Source: Octopus sinensis
Taxonomy: Eukaryota
Direction: 5' to 3'
Length of the DNA: 21,808 nucleotides
NCBI RefSeq assembly: GCF_006345805.1
Contig: NW_021823632.1
Span: 1-21,808, forward strand
The position numbers were made by a program, and so were the translations under genes. The notes below the pieces were generated by a model, which saw nothing but the letters and a program-made list of their open reading frames with translations, was not told where the DNA came from and did no database searches. This document shows, in pieces, positions 1-10,275 of this stretch (the first letter of the stretch is position 1; every line of letters starts with the position of its first letter).

Positions 1-353
1 CCTTAACCAAGAGCAGCACTTCCCTTTGCTCAACATGCAAAGAGAGGCTTTCAGCTGCGAGAAAGGCGATGCCACCTTTATCTTTTCTTCCTTTCTAGTC
101 AGCACCATGACTACCTTACTCTTTCCCTCTCTACAGACAGACAACCTTTTTCTACGTATGAACTACTAACTAGCGAGTCATCCTTGTTGTCACTATCACT
201 AGAATTACTACTGTCTCTGTAACAACCAGTTGGGCAAACGAATAGATATATGTAAATAACATTTCTTCCTTCTTGGACTTAATTCTTCGAACGCATTAAT
301 ACCAGCGATGTGTAACAACATCTGATGGTCTGGTCGGTCACGTGATCACGTGA
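1..353 (+). mobile_element. Probable 3' end of a non-LTR retroposon (LINE/SINE tail) running into (AT)n; 5' part lies outside the window
   Basis: The segment ends ACCAGCGATGTGTAACAACATCTGATGGTCTGGTCGGTCACGTGATCACGTGA and runs directly into (AT)n. I recall this terminus from cephalopod interspersed repeats but could not verify it. No ORF. Confidence 0.35.
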
Positions 354-480
354 TATATATATATATATATAATAATAAATATTAGGGAATAAATCCAAAT
401 TTACAGGGAAAAAAATCAGATTTAGGATTAAATCCAATTTTATAGTAAAATATATTAATATATATTAATTGTCTCTAATA

Positions 481-518
<38 letters not shown>

Positions 519-1230
519 TGAAATGTATTTCGACCGCTTGGATTGCTTTCAAGGCCACTACATCCTGTCCGATTGACTCCAAAATTTACAGGGACATGTA
601 AAAGGAGGTGTTGATGCCCGTGGGCTACGTTAGAAATCCCTATCTTAAAAAGTGTCGTTGCTAGGGCCAAAAACCCACTTTGACAAGTCCACTCCCATTG
701 TTTAATGTATCTGTCTTCCTCACTCACGCTATTTCCTCCATTCCCCTCTAACTCCCCTTCACTTTCCCTTTATAAGTTCGTCAAACGGCGTTCTTTATCT
801 CGCTGTCTGCATTCATAGAGAGAATTACCATCACCACAAACAACACACAATCATGAGAACAAATATTATGAATCAGATATTTCTTGCGTTCATTTATATA
901 TGTGTGTGTGTGTTCTATATATAAATATGTATATATAATGTATATATACAAAGCGTATATATCTGTATTTATGAATATTAAACTTTTTAATACTTTTTGA
1001 TAGTTATATATATTTTTAAACAAATTATAAATATAATTTAATAATTTTTATTTTAAATTTAAATAATTTAAATTTTTCAATTTTATATTTTATATATTTT
1101 ATATATTATATTTTTATTTTTATGTTTTTGTTTTTGGTTTTTCACTGTTTGATTTGTCTATTAGTGGTTTTATCTCTAATTTAATTTATACATATATATA
1201 TATATATATAATTTGTATATATATTGCGTG

Positions 1231-1262
<32 letters not shown>

Positions 1263-1509
1263 CATATATATATATATAATGTGTGCATTATGTGGTCGGT
1301 CAGTTCAGCTGAAAATATGCACACCTATGTTAAAAGTGCTGGCAAGTTTGCATGACAACTATTTTTTTCCTCAAATGAAAGGCGTCACCTCTAGGACAAA
1401 ATTCCTCATCTTATAAAATGTGGCCCCAGTAGACCCGAATGAAATCGGGTTATATTAACCAAAATGTGAAAAGGGGTCTAAATGGGGCTGGAAGGGGATT
1501 AAAATTTAA

Positions 1510-1627
1510 AGGAGCGAGTGTTTAGGAATTCTCTGTTACATCAAGCTAAAACATTTGCGCCAGCCTTTTAATCATCAATGTGTTGCCGTCCATGATGAAG
1601 AAGTTTTGAATGCTTGCCATGGTGAGT
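1510..1627 (+). other. Candidate upstream (5' UTR or first) exon of the ankyrin gene
   Basis: Near-consensus donor ATG|GTGAGT at 1621|1622 in a locally CpG-richer stretch. The 5' boundary is not determinable. Confidence 0.25.
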
Positions 1628-2076
1628 CTACTGTCGTGAGAAAGAATCACTTCAAAACTTGGTGTTTACAAATTTTCTTTTACATCAAGTTCAAAATTTT
1701 ACGCTAGCCGTTAAACTGTCAATACGTTGCTCTCCGTCGTTAAGAAATGCCAGTCATGGTGACTCTACTATCCTCACATTCTATCCCTTCAAACTTTGGT
1801 TTCCAATATTTTATTATTTTTATTCAGCTTGCAAGTTCGTCTGTCCCTTTTAAATGTTAGCGTTTTGCTGTCTGCTTGAAGCAGACCTTTCCGTTGCCAC
1901 TGCCTGATATTTCTGATTGATCTTTCTAAATATTTTATTTCTCAACTTACTCAAGATCTTTTGTTGTTTATAAATGGGAGAGAGATAGATAAAGATAGAG
2001 AGTAAGAGAAAGCGAGGGAGAGTCTGAGAGAAAGGAAGAGTAACAGAGTGGGAAAGTGAGAGAGAAAGGAGAGAGA

Positions 2077-2387
2077 ATCATCATCATCATCATCGTTTAA
2101 CGTCCGTTTTCCGTGCTAGCACGGGTTGGACAGTTTGACCGGGGCCTGGAAAGTCAGGAGGCTGCACCAGGCTCCAGTCTGATCTGGCAGTGTTTCTACA
2201 GGTGGATGACCTTCCTAACGCCAACCACTCTGTGAGTGTAGTGGGTGCTTTTTTCGTGCCGCCGGCACAGGTGCCAGCGGGGCTCGCAGCGGCAACGATC
2301 GGTTGGTGCTTTTTACGTGCCACCGGCACAGAAGCCAGTCAAGGCGGTGCTGCAATCGGCAACCTTCGGATGGTGCTTTTTACGTGC
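2077..2387 (-). mobile_element. Short element or 5'-truncated copy made of the RTE 3' tail with (GAT)n
   Basis: Reverse complement of ...GGAGTGGTTGGCGTTAGGAAGG...CCGTGCTAGCACGGAAAACGGACGTTAAAC(GAT)n. It matches 13850-14161, 17800-18047 and 20945-21257 in this window. Confidence 0.85.
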
Positions 2388-2423
2388 TGAAAGGAAGCAA
2401 CAGAAGGTAACAACCACACTCTT

Positions 2424-2454
2424 ACCCACGCGAGAGCGGGTCACCTTCAGCTAG
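2424..2454 (+). mobile_element. Helitron-like 3' terminus (remnant)
   Basis: Imperfect GC hairpin ACCCACGCGAGAGCGGGT, a 9-nt spacer, then CTAG|T followed by (AT)n. This is the same architecture as the end at 10755-10783. No 5' end identified. Confidence 0.4.
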
Positions 2455-2958
2455 TATATATATATATATATATATGTATCAATGCGTGTGTGATAGGATG
2501 TGCTCCATGCATGACACTGTTCCATCCAAATTTTGACACTTGAGGTTAATCAGTTTAAATTCCTTCCATTTTGAATTCAAACGGATCCTGTACAATCAGC
2601 GGAGGGCTGTAATAATATAAAAAGCACATCATTAACGAGAGAAACAAGCAGGGGCTTCAACCTGGCCCTCCTTCATTTCATGTTACACCTGTTTCAGTAT
2701 TTGGTAACACATCGTTGTGTCAAACAATAGCTGCAATTGGTAGATGCACCTCATAAGGGCAGCATGTATAAAGAAATACATGCAGTAACCAAAACGAAAT
2801 ACTTGAGAGGTACACGGCTTGAAGGGAAGGGAGATCAGGAGAAGGTAGAGTGGGAACACAACCCCCAGAAACACAATTGTGGACTAGTGTTGATGAGAAT
2901 GGGGGCTAAGAATTGACCAGAGTTTGGGGATATAGGCTGTGCTTACATGCCCCCTTAA

Positions 2959-3179
2959 CCCTTTCGTTACTGTATTTATTTTGAGATGATCTGTGTTTCT
3001 TTCAATTATTTTAAATATAACAAAGAATTTAGTAAAATAACTTAGTTATTATTAAGCTAGTGTTAGGAACATAAATTGTGACCAAGGTTTGATGGAAGAT
3101 TTTAATTCAAAACTTATGAAAACAAGACATTTATACTAAAGAGCCAGAGCCAGTTTCAGCTGGGTTGGTATCAAAAGGG
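2959..3179. mobile_element. piggyBac-type MITE, copy 1
   Basis: TTAA at 2955-2958 and 3180-3183. TIRs CCCTTTCGTTAC / GTATCAAAAGGG, giving the TTAA-CCC...GGG-TTAA piggyBac signature. 221 bp, non-coding. Confidence 0.8.
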
Positions 3180-3210
3180 TTAAGAATTGTTTCTCTATTA
3201 TATTTTTAAA

Positions 3211-3427
3211 GCCTTTTGTTACCATATTCTGTAGAGATGCTCTGTGTTTCTTTCAATTAATTTTAAATATAACAAAGAATTATTAAAATAATGTATTCAT
3301 CATTAAGCTAGTGTTAGGAACAAATTGTGACTAAGGTTTCGTGGAAGATTTTAATTCAAAACTAATGAAAACAAGACATTTTACCACAGAGCCAGAGCCG
3401 GCTTCAGCCGGGTTAGTATCAAAATGG
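3211..3427. mobile_element. piggyBac-type MITE, copy 2 (diverged, same orientation)
   Basis: Colinear homolog of 2959-3179 over its whole length, with degenerate TIRs (GCCTTTTGTTAC / GTATCAAAATGG). TTAA at 3206-3209 and 3428-3431. Confidence 0.75.
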
Positions 3428-3657
3428 TTAAGAGAGGGGAGATAGGCGGGTAAGTAGATAACATATCAGGTGACCAGTAAGAGATTCTGGGTGCAATAAT
3501 CAAGCACCACTGGGGTTTGTGGTAGCACCATTGATAGATGCGTCCAACTACTTACAAACCTGCGGATACGCATTAACACATTAATATGCTTGCTTCCCAG
3601 CCACTCATGCGCAGAGAGTTGGTGGGTTGGTGGGGGCGGGGAATGAGTAGGAGGATT

Positions 3658-3847
3658 CCTTGAGCAAGACCTTTATTTCACGTTGGTCCAGTTTACTCAG
3701 CGAAAATGAGTTGTGCCTGTATTTCAAAGGGTCAACCTTGTCACACTCTGTGTCATGCTGAATCTCCCTGAGAACTACATTAGGGGTACACGCGTCTGTG
3801 GTGTACTCAGCCATTTGCATGTTAATTTCACAAATTAGCTGTTCCGT
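3658..3847 (+). mobile_element. SINE body fragment (CORE-like domain), head missing
   Basis: Starts CCTTGAGCAAGACCTTTATTTCACGTTG, which resembles the CORE-SINE motif CCTTGGGCAAGTCACTT and the sequence following the tRNA-like head at 7621-7650. The family identity is from recall. Confidence 0.55.
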
Positions 3848-3920
3848 CTTCTTTAAATTGCTCTTACTTCATTTTATAAGTTTTTAAAAACCATCTTACT
3901 TTCCTTTTCATTCAAAAGAC

Positions 3921-4004
3921 ATGGATGTAAATAAGATTATAAGCAAGATTCTGACTGGGAACTTTGAAGATGTGAAACGATTTATCAAAGAAAATCCTGA
4001 AACG
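3921..4004 (+). CDS. Ankyrin-repeat protein (MIB-like), coding exon 1: MDVNKIISKILTGNFEDVKRFIKENPET
   Basis: ATG at 3921 with an in-frame TAA upstream at 3885-3887. 28 codons end at a consensus donor ACG|GTAAGT (4005), phase 0. It joins exon 2 in frame to give an ankyrin N-cap (GNFEDVKRFIKENPETVNQRN). Confidence 0.75.
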
Positions 4005-6535
4005 GTAAGTTTACTTTATATTGCTTCTTCAATGTTGAATGTTTGTTTATTATTTTATACACAATATTAAATGTTCCTAAATAACCAGATATATTTGTCC
4101 ATAATATTTCATATCTTTCTTTACCTCTTTCCTCTAATCCTCATCATTGTCACTTTTTATAAATATTCAACCAGACAATGAGGTATGCCAGAATTGATGG
4201 AATGTCAGTGAGAGAGAAACCCATCCTCACACACTGCAATGGAATATTCTGGCAGGAAATTCAGTCCAAGAGATGGGGGACAGATGGATCCTATAGATAA
4301 ATGGTGACTTTGTCAAGAAATTCTCTTGCCATACACAGTTGAAGGTTTTACCGATGTCAAGGGCTACACTATTTCTTTTGCAGAAGTTGTCAACATAACC
4401 AAAACATGGGGAGTCACGTAGGAATCAGACCCCTGCTTGAACTGGCTTTATGGAACTGTACTGGTGCTCTTTGAATAGAAAAAGATACCCAAAGGGACAA
4501 AGATAATGGTTGTTTATGACTTTTTACTTCATAATTGAAATATTGGAAGTTAGAATGACTGGCTGGTAGTCAGCAGATAGGACACTATCAGCAAAAATTA
4601 TAAAACAGGGCTTCTCTAATAGAGTAGTACTACCATTGGGTAGGGATTGTGGAAAATTTTATAAGGACCAGGGAGCCAAGGCGGCTGTGGTGGTACAAAT
4701 ATATGAAACTCAATGTGTAGTTGTGTTTGGATCAGAGAACCATCATGGTTAGGGAGCGGTGGGTGGAATGATTCTGTAAAATCTATAGAGATACTCTTGG
4801 TAAGAGACCAGAAAATGAGGCTTTAATTTGGAAGGGAAGATAGCTGACAAATGGTGAAATGCAGTAAAAAACATCCTTTATTTTCTTGATGACCATCATA
4901 CATGTATTTCAATGGTGGGTGAATGTCTGCCAGTTAGTGAGGGTAGGTGTTTTCCTCAAGGTGGAGTCGATAGTGTTGTTTGTACAGCTGTAATGCAGTT
5001 GTGTATGAACCACTCACACCTTTTTAAATATTGTATGGCTACAAACTAATGTAAGCCCTGATACTGCTGCCACATTTAGGCTCAAAATTCTGATCACTAC
5101 TTTCATAATATTTCTTATTTTCTCCATTGTTTCTTTTCATTTGTGTCTACTTTTCCATAGCTGCTCATATTTAGTTGTGATTGGTGTGTTCCAAAGATGT
5201 CACAGATGTCTAATTACAAGTAATTACTTTGTAATAGATTCAGTGACTAACATAAATAGATTATCAATCTTTTCCTTGAGCTTATGCATGAACTAAACAA
5301 TCTTTATTTACCTGTTTACCTGTTACACCTTGATTTACCTGTGCTCTACACCTTTCTTGTAGATTTGCTTTCATTCTTTTCCAAGTAGATCCCACATTGC
5401 TGTTTCACCAGACATATGACATCTGAAGATCCATGCTTCATTTCAAACATCCTGTTCTTCTCTCACCATTTCTTAAACTTCTTTCATCATTATAGCATGA
5501 AATGAAAGTGCTACTATGCCAGACATCAGTGATAACAAAGTGTAGAATTTCATGAGCTTTACCAGGGAATACTAAACTAAAATCCAGTCTGATATATTCA
5601 GAATCTACACAATTATTTCTGAGGTTTTGACCCTTTATAGCTCTTCCCCTTTTCAGTTACTTTATACACCATCTTATGGCCTAATCCCTACAGTTGTATT
5701 GTTTATATGGTTTCTCTTATTTACCTGTGTGTCTCCTATCAGATACCACGTTTGAAATCTTGTCAGTGTTCTCTTCAATTCATAATTGATATCATACATA
5801 CCAGTAATAAACTGGGATATTTTCTCAACTGATTTTTTCCCCTTCAGTCGGATAAAAGTAAGGTTGTAACTAAGACAGACATCTTATGTTTCATAAGAAA
5901 GACTCTTCCATCTACCATGAAACGGTATATTTGTACTGATTTCCCTCGATATTGCTCTGTCCACTTCTATGAAAATACAGAAAGTACAAGTCATGTAAAG
6001 AAAGACACCAATGACCATCTAAAGTGCATGCCATCGTACACGGGATAGAACACTAAAAGACAGAAAAGGGAGCAGTAAAAGGACCATAAAAAGGAAAGGG
6101 TGCATAGGAACCAGTGTTTCTGAATTACAGAAAGTGTGGTGTTTTTGAAGGTTACAGTGTTCTGACTGCTAACAACCAGTGTAGATAGTTTATTCCGTAC
6201 CCTGACAATTCTGAGCATAAAATATTTGTTTCCGATACCATGGAAACTGGAATGGTTTTGTTTTTTATTTTATAAGCATGTCTGAGAGTGGTAAAGATAT
6301 TAAATTCCAGAAGTGGTCAAAGTTGTTGTTGAAAGATGAGGGATAATCTTGTGGGATCAAGTGAGTTGCTAGAAAGGACAAAATTCTGTGTCGATGCATG
6401 GAGAAGCAATACATTTAAGAAATGATAAGTGATTGAGTGAGGCTAATTTTATGGTTGTACATCTATGGACAGCTTCCAGTAGATTGGCATTCTGGACAAA
6501 ATGAGCATACCAGATTGGAGACACAACCTATACAT

Positions 6536-6862
6536 GATGGCTGCCCCCTCGTTATCGAGTATGGCAATTGCACGAAACTTAACTGTTATTGATGCTGTGA
6601 TCGAATGTGACTTTTTAGCCCAGCTAAAGATCTACAATGTCTTGTACAGAATTGGCAACTAAAACCTTTACTGGTAATAGCCGGCTGTAGTTGTAACTGG
6701 GCTTCATGTACCTTTGCATGTCATTTAAGTCCTCCTGCCGAATTACACTCTCTTCCACATGCCCGACAGATATGATTAGTATGGTGTGTTACACCACCAC
6801 CAGTGGCCAGATTATCACTCATCTGTCTCGCTTTATGATTACAAAGATGACTCGTGAGTCAT
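6536..6862 (-). mobile_element. 5'-truncated RTE (BovB-like) LINE 3' end encoding two C2H2 zinc fingers
   Basis: The minus-strand frame 6768->6586 reads CRACGRECNSAGGLK*HAKVH...FSCQFCTRHCRSLAGLKSHIRSQHQ*, followed by a short 3' UTR ...CTCGATAACGAGGGGGCAGCCA. It is flanked by a 9-bp direct repeat CCTATACAT (6527-6535, 6863-6871), a probable TSD. Confidence 0.75.
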
Positions 6863-7021
6863 CCTATACATACATACATGCATACATATCAGTATATATA
6901 TAACAAAGTATGGATATAGTAATCTAATTAGGTAACAATGTCTAAGTTAAATGTTTGTGAGAATTTGAAGTTGTAGCTTTATTGTACTTAGACCAGTGGT
7001 GGGACTTGAATGACTGGAACT

Positions 7022-7054
7022 ATACATACATACATACATACATACATACATACA

Positions 7055-7084
<30 letters not shown>
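7022..7084. repeat. (CATA)n microsatellite
   Basis: About 15-16 perfect CATA units, read directly. Confidence 0.95.
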
Positions 7085-7087
<3 letters not shown>

Positions 7088-7089
<2 letters not shown>

Positions 7090-7486
7090 GGTGGCTGCCC
7101 CCTCGTTATCGAGTATGGCCATTGTACGAAGCTTAATCAATGTTGTTATCGTGCAATGCCTGTGCAAGAAGATTTTTTTTAAAGTGAGGAAAGGCTGTGC
7201 ACTGAGTCAATCCCACTTACTAAGCAACAGCCGACATAATCCGAAAAGAAGAACAAGTCAACATCATCGGTAACCACTGAGCTGCAGGTTTTATGCCGGA
7301 GTTATCCCAGTTACCTGAGTTACCTTCGCCTAGAAGAATGCCCTAACAAAGGCTAGGAGTTCTTCACTCCCAATGGTTTAACCATGCGATCGGGTATTCG
7401 GTCCGATTATTTCTATGTTCCCGTGCATGATACAGCCTTAAGACATTTATTGGATGGCCATTGACTCTCGAGAGTTCCTCCACCCG
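7088..7486 (-). mobile_element. Non-autonomous retroposon sharing its 3' end with the ZnF-RTE at 6536-6862
   Basis: 7092-7136 matches 6538-6582 (45 bp, 3 substitutions). The rest is non-coding and hairpin-rich. It is flanked by (CATA)n on both sides. Confidence 0.65.
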
Positions 7487-7538
7487 TACATACATACATA
7501 CATGTGTGTGTGTATGTATATGTGTATATGTATATGAA

Positions 7539-7652
7539 GGTGAATGGCTCAATGGTTAGGGCAACAGGTTCACAATCAGGAGATAGTGAGTTTGATTCCC
7601 AGTCTGGGCTGTGTGTTGTATTCTTCAGCAAAACATTTTATTTCATGTTGCA
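7539..7652 (+). mobile_element. tRNA-derived SINE head (degenerate)
   Basis: Pol III A-box-like TGGCTCAATGG (7545-7555) and B-box-like GTTTGATTCC (7590-7599), followed by sequence homologous to the SINE body start at 3658. Confidence 0.65.
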
Positions 7653-7656
7653 CACT

Positions 7657-7691
<35 letters not shown>

Positions 7692-7825
7692 CTTTCTTTC
7701 TTTGTCTTTCATATCCCTTTCTTTCACTCCAGCATCTTCTTTACTCTCTCTTCTCTTCACTCCTTTCTCTCTCTCTCTCTCTCTCCTTTGATATATTTTA
7801 TATATCTTCTCTTTCTTCTCTTCAG

Positions 7826-7977
7826 GTCAACCAAAGAAACTCACACAGTAAAACTTTCTTAATGGCAGCATGTGCACAGGGCAGCACAAGTCTAATGGAC
7901 TTCTTGATAGAATCTGGAGCCAATATGGACATGAGTGACAAAGCAGGTCTGACAGCTTTACATTATGCTGTGATTAA
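7826..7977 (+). CDS. Ankyrin-repeat protein, coding exon 2: VNQRNSHSKTFLMAACAQGSTSLMDFLIESGANMDMSDKAGLTALHYAVI(N)
   Basis: Long polypyrimidine tract plus TTCAG| acceptor (7825) and AA|GTAAGA donor (7978). 152 nt, phases 0-2. Contains ankyrin motifs GANMD and GLTALHYA. Confidence 0.9.
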
Positions 7978-8425
7978 GTAAGACTTGAATTAACTAAAAT
8001 CTTCAGATCTGCTTTTGTTTTGAAGTTTTTTGCAATTCCAGACTATTTGAATATCCAAAGATACCATAATAGTGGCAGTGTGACACGATAACAGCATGAT
8101 AGTAGTAACCAAATAACATCTTTTTCTCATTTTCTCCATGAATCCTCTTCATTGAATCACAAAAATCTTTTTCGTTATTTGTTGTCAAAACAGATTTTTT
8201 TGTTTTGGAGATATTCTTTGAGAGCCAACAGTTCTTAGAGAAATTATTTCTCACCTCCATCTGCAACTCACTCAACACATTTTGAGATCTATTATATTTT
8301 GAATTGTGCTTCATAAGGTCATCTCTGGACAATGAAACATGTTTTGAAGTTCTTGTTAGTTTCTATAGCTTCTGCAGTCACAAATTGTTCCAGAATTTTG
8401 CACAAACACACAAACACACACACAC

Positions 8426-8615
8426 CATCATCGTCATCGAATGTTCCTTTTCCATGCTGGCATGCGTAGGAGGGTTTGATAGGAACAGACAAGTCAGAAG
8501 ACCACACCAAACACTACTGTCTGCTTAGGTTTGGTTTCTATGGCTGGACGACCTTCCTAACACCAACCACTTTGCAGAGTGTACTGGATGCCTTTTACAT
8601 GCCATCAGAACCAGT
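8426..8615 (-). mobile_element. Older, diverged element carrying the RTE-type (GAT)n tail
   Basis: CATCATCGTCATC...TTTTCCATGCTGGCATG...CTTCCTAACACCAACCAC is homologous to 2077-2250 but more diverged. Confidence 0.6.
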
Positions 8616-8846
8616 GAGGTCACCAATTAATTGCGAGACAAAGACCTCTCGACTGGTTGAGGTGGTGGTGGGGGGGAGCTAATATTGCTGGAGAGAAAGG
8701 TGTCTTGCATTAGAAGAGGGACATGGCTCCTTCAGATGGAGAAGACAGAGGAGGGAAACACTAGTTAAAATCTTGTGTTTGGCCCAAGCAAAGAAAAAAG
8801 GAAAAAATAGTGCAATAGGTGTGAAACAACATGTAGTAAACGAATA

Positions 8847-9105
8847 CTCTTACTCTTTTACTTGTTTCAGTCATTTGACTGCGGCCATGCTGGAGCACAG
8901 CCTTTAATCGAGCAACTCGACCCCGGGACTTATTCTTTGTAAACCCAGTACTTATTCTATCAGTCTCTTTTTCCGAACTGCAAAGTGACGGGGACATAAA
9001 CACACCAGCATCGGTTGTCAAGCAATGCTAGGGGGACAAAAACAGACACACACGCACACATATATATATATACGACGAGCTTCTTTCAGTTTCCGTCTAC
9101 CAAAT
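8847..9105 (-). mobile_element. SINE 3' portion with internal (CA)/(TA) microsatellite
   Basis: On the minus strand it reads ATTTGGTAGACGGAAACTGAAAGAAGCTCGTCG-(TA/TG)n-...CATGGCCGCAGTCAAATGACTGAAACAAGTAAAAGAGTAAGAG. I recall this as an abundant octopus SINE; only one copy is in the window, so there is no internal confirmation. Confidence 0.55.
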
Positions 9106-9505
9106 GGAAAGCGTGTGTATAAAATTATAGAATTATTTTGTTTGTTAATGGTTTAAATTATTTTCCATTACTTTCGTTTTAGCCTTCCGTTTTTTACACG
9201 CGTAACAATTAATTAATTTAACAATTAAGAAAAAAAAACTTAGGGTGAGGTTTAGTGACAGGATGTTGTCTCAGTTTTAGACGCAGCAAATGATTTTAGC
9301 TCAATTAGAGGCGATTCATTGGTTAAAATTCGAAAAATTAAACTACGTTAAACAAACGAATTACAATTTTATCAAGAAAGCCAAAAGAAAAAAATGTTTT
9401 ATTTTGACACATTCTACCAGTATACGAAGTTTTAAAATGTTTAGTTAACTAGACATTGTGTTGACATTTGCCGTTCAAAAATAAAAGATCCATATATATA
9501 TATAT

Positions 9506-9541
<36 letters not shown>

Positions 9542-9549
9542 CATACTTA

Positions 9550-10237
9550 CACAACTGGGACCCCCGACGAATTTGTTTCCATATTTATAACTTTTAGATA
9601 GATGGATATCTTTTAATGAAATTTCTATGACAAAAATGCTTCAGATGATGAAGATTCCAATTATATTGGAATTTGTTGTGAAAACAAATTTTCAAACGTT
9701 GAGAAGTTGACTTAAATCCTTATAGAAACTTTCAGAAAAATGGATATTTTGTTTGTGTGAAAATTTCTACAAATCCCTTTCAAATGGATTAGATTAGGAT
9801 TATATCGGAATTTAACATGAAAAAACATTAAATATTTGGTGGATACACACACATATATACAGACACACATCACGGTTATTTTTCCAAAGTTCATCTTTTC
9901 ATTTTCTGATGTGTATTAGTGTATATCTCTGCAAATCCCAAGTTTTAAAATTTCTTCATATTAAATTCCGATATAAGTGAATCTTCACCATCTGAAACGG
10001 TTTTATTGAAAATTTCATTAGAAAATATATATTTGGGGGGGGGGGGATAAAGCAGAACTCGGGCGAACTTTCCCAAATTTCTCTCTGCACCCACTAAAAA
10101 TTTTTTTCTCACAATAAATTCCAATATAATTGGAATCTTCGCCTTCTGAAGCATATTTTTGAAAGAAATTTCATTAAAAAATATCCATTTTTCTAGAAGT
10201 TGCAGGGAAACAAATTCGTTGGGGGAGCACACTTGTG
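9550..10237. mobile_element. Foldback/MITE-like element with long (~140 bp) imperfect TIRs
   Basis: 9550-9692 is the imperfect reverse complement of 10097-10237 (e.g. CCCCCGACGAATTTGTTTCC / GGAAACAAATTCGTTGGGGG). A second inverted pair lies at 9800-9822 / 9955-9976. No credible ORF. Confidence 0.75.
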
Positions 10238-10275
10238 TTGTTATGTCTATACAGGCATGCACGCACACAGACATA

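Noticed and set aside
394-594. Short direct repeat TCCAAA(A)TTTACAGGGA (394-409, 578-594) and a possible Penelope-type hammerhead on the minus strand at about 525-560
   Set aside because: GAAA is present but the CUGANGA core is not (TTGAAAG), and the stems are unconvincing. The region may be a repeat remnant that I cannot classify.
455-1416. ORFs 455-727, 781-1023 and 1213-1416 (likewise 6982-7273, 7504-7862, 18030-18239, 21190-21429)
   Set aside because: They read through stop-free microsatellites (YIYI, HTHT, CVCV runs) and are not credible proteins.
4140-6240. Possible old coding or TE remnants in intron 1
   Set aside because: No motif or internal homology could be supported by eye. It needs RepeatMasker or TBLASTX.
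6586-6768. Host C2H2 zinc-finger gene exon
   Set aside because: It has an internal stop, no TGEKP linker, a retroposon-type 3' end shared with 7092-7136, and a flanking TSD.
7539-7610. Possible tRNA gene
   Set aside because: It has A/B-box-like motifs but no closable cloverleaf, and it continues into a SINE body.
7544-7825. N-terminal part of ORF 7544-7981
   Set aside because: It consists of a SINE head, (GT)n and the polypyrimidine tract. Only 7826-7977 is ankyrin-coding and bounded by splice sites.
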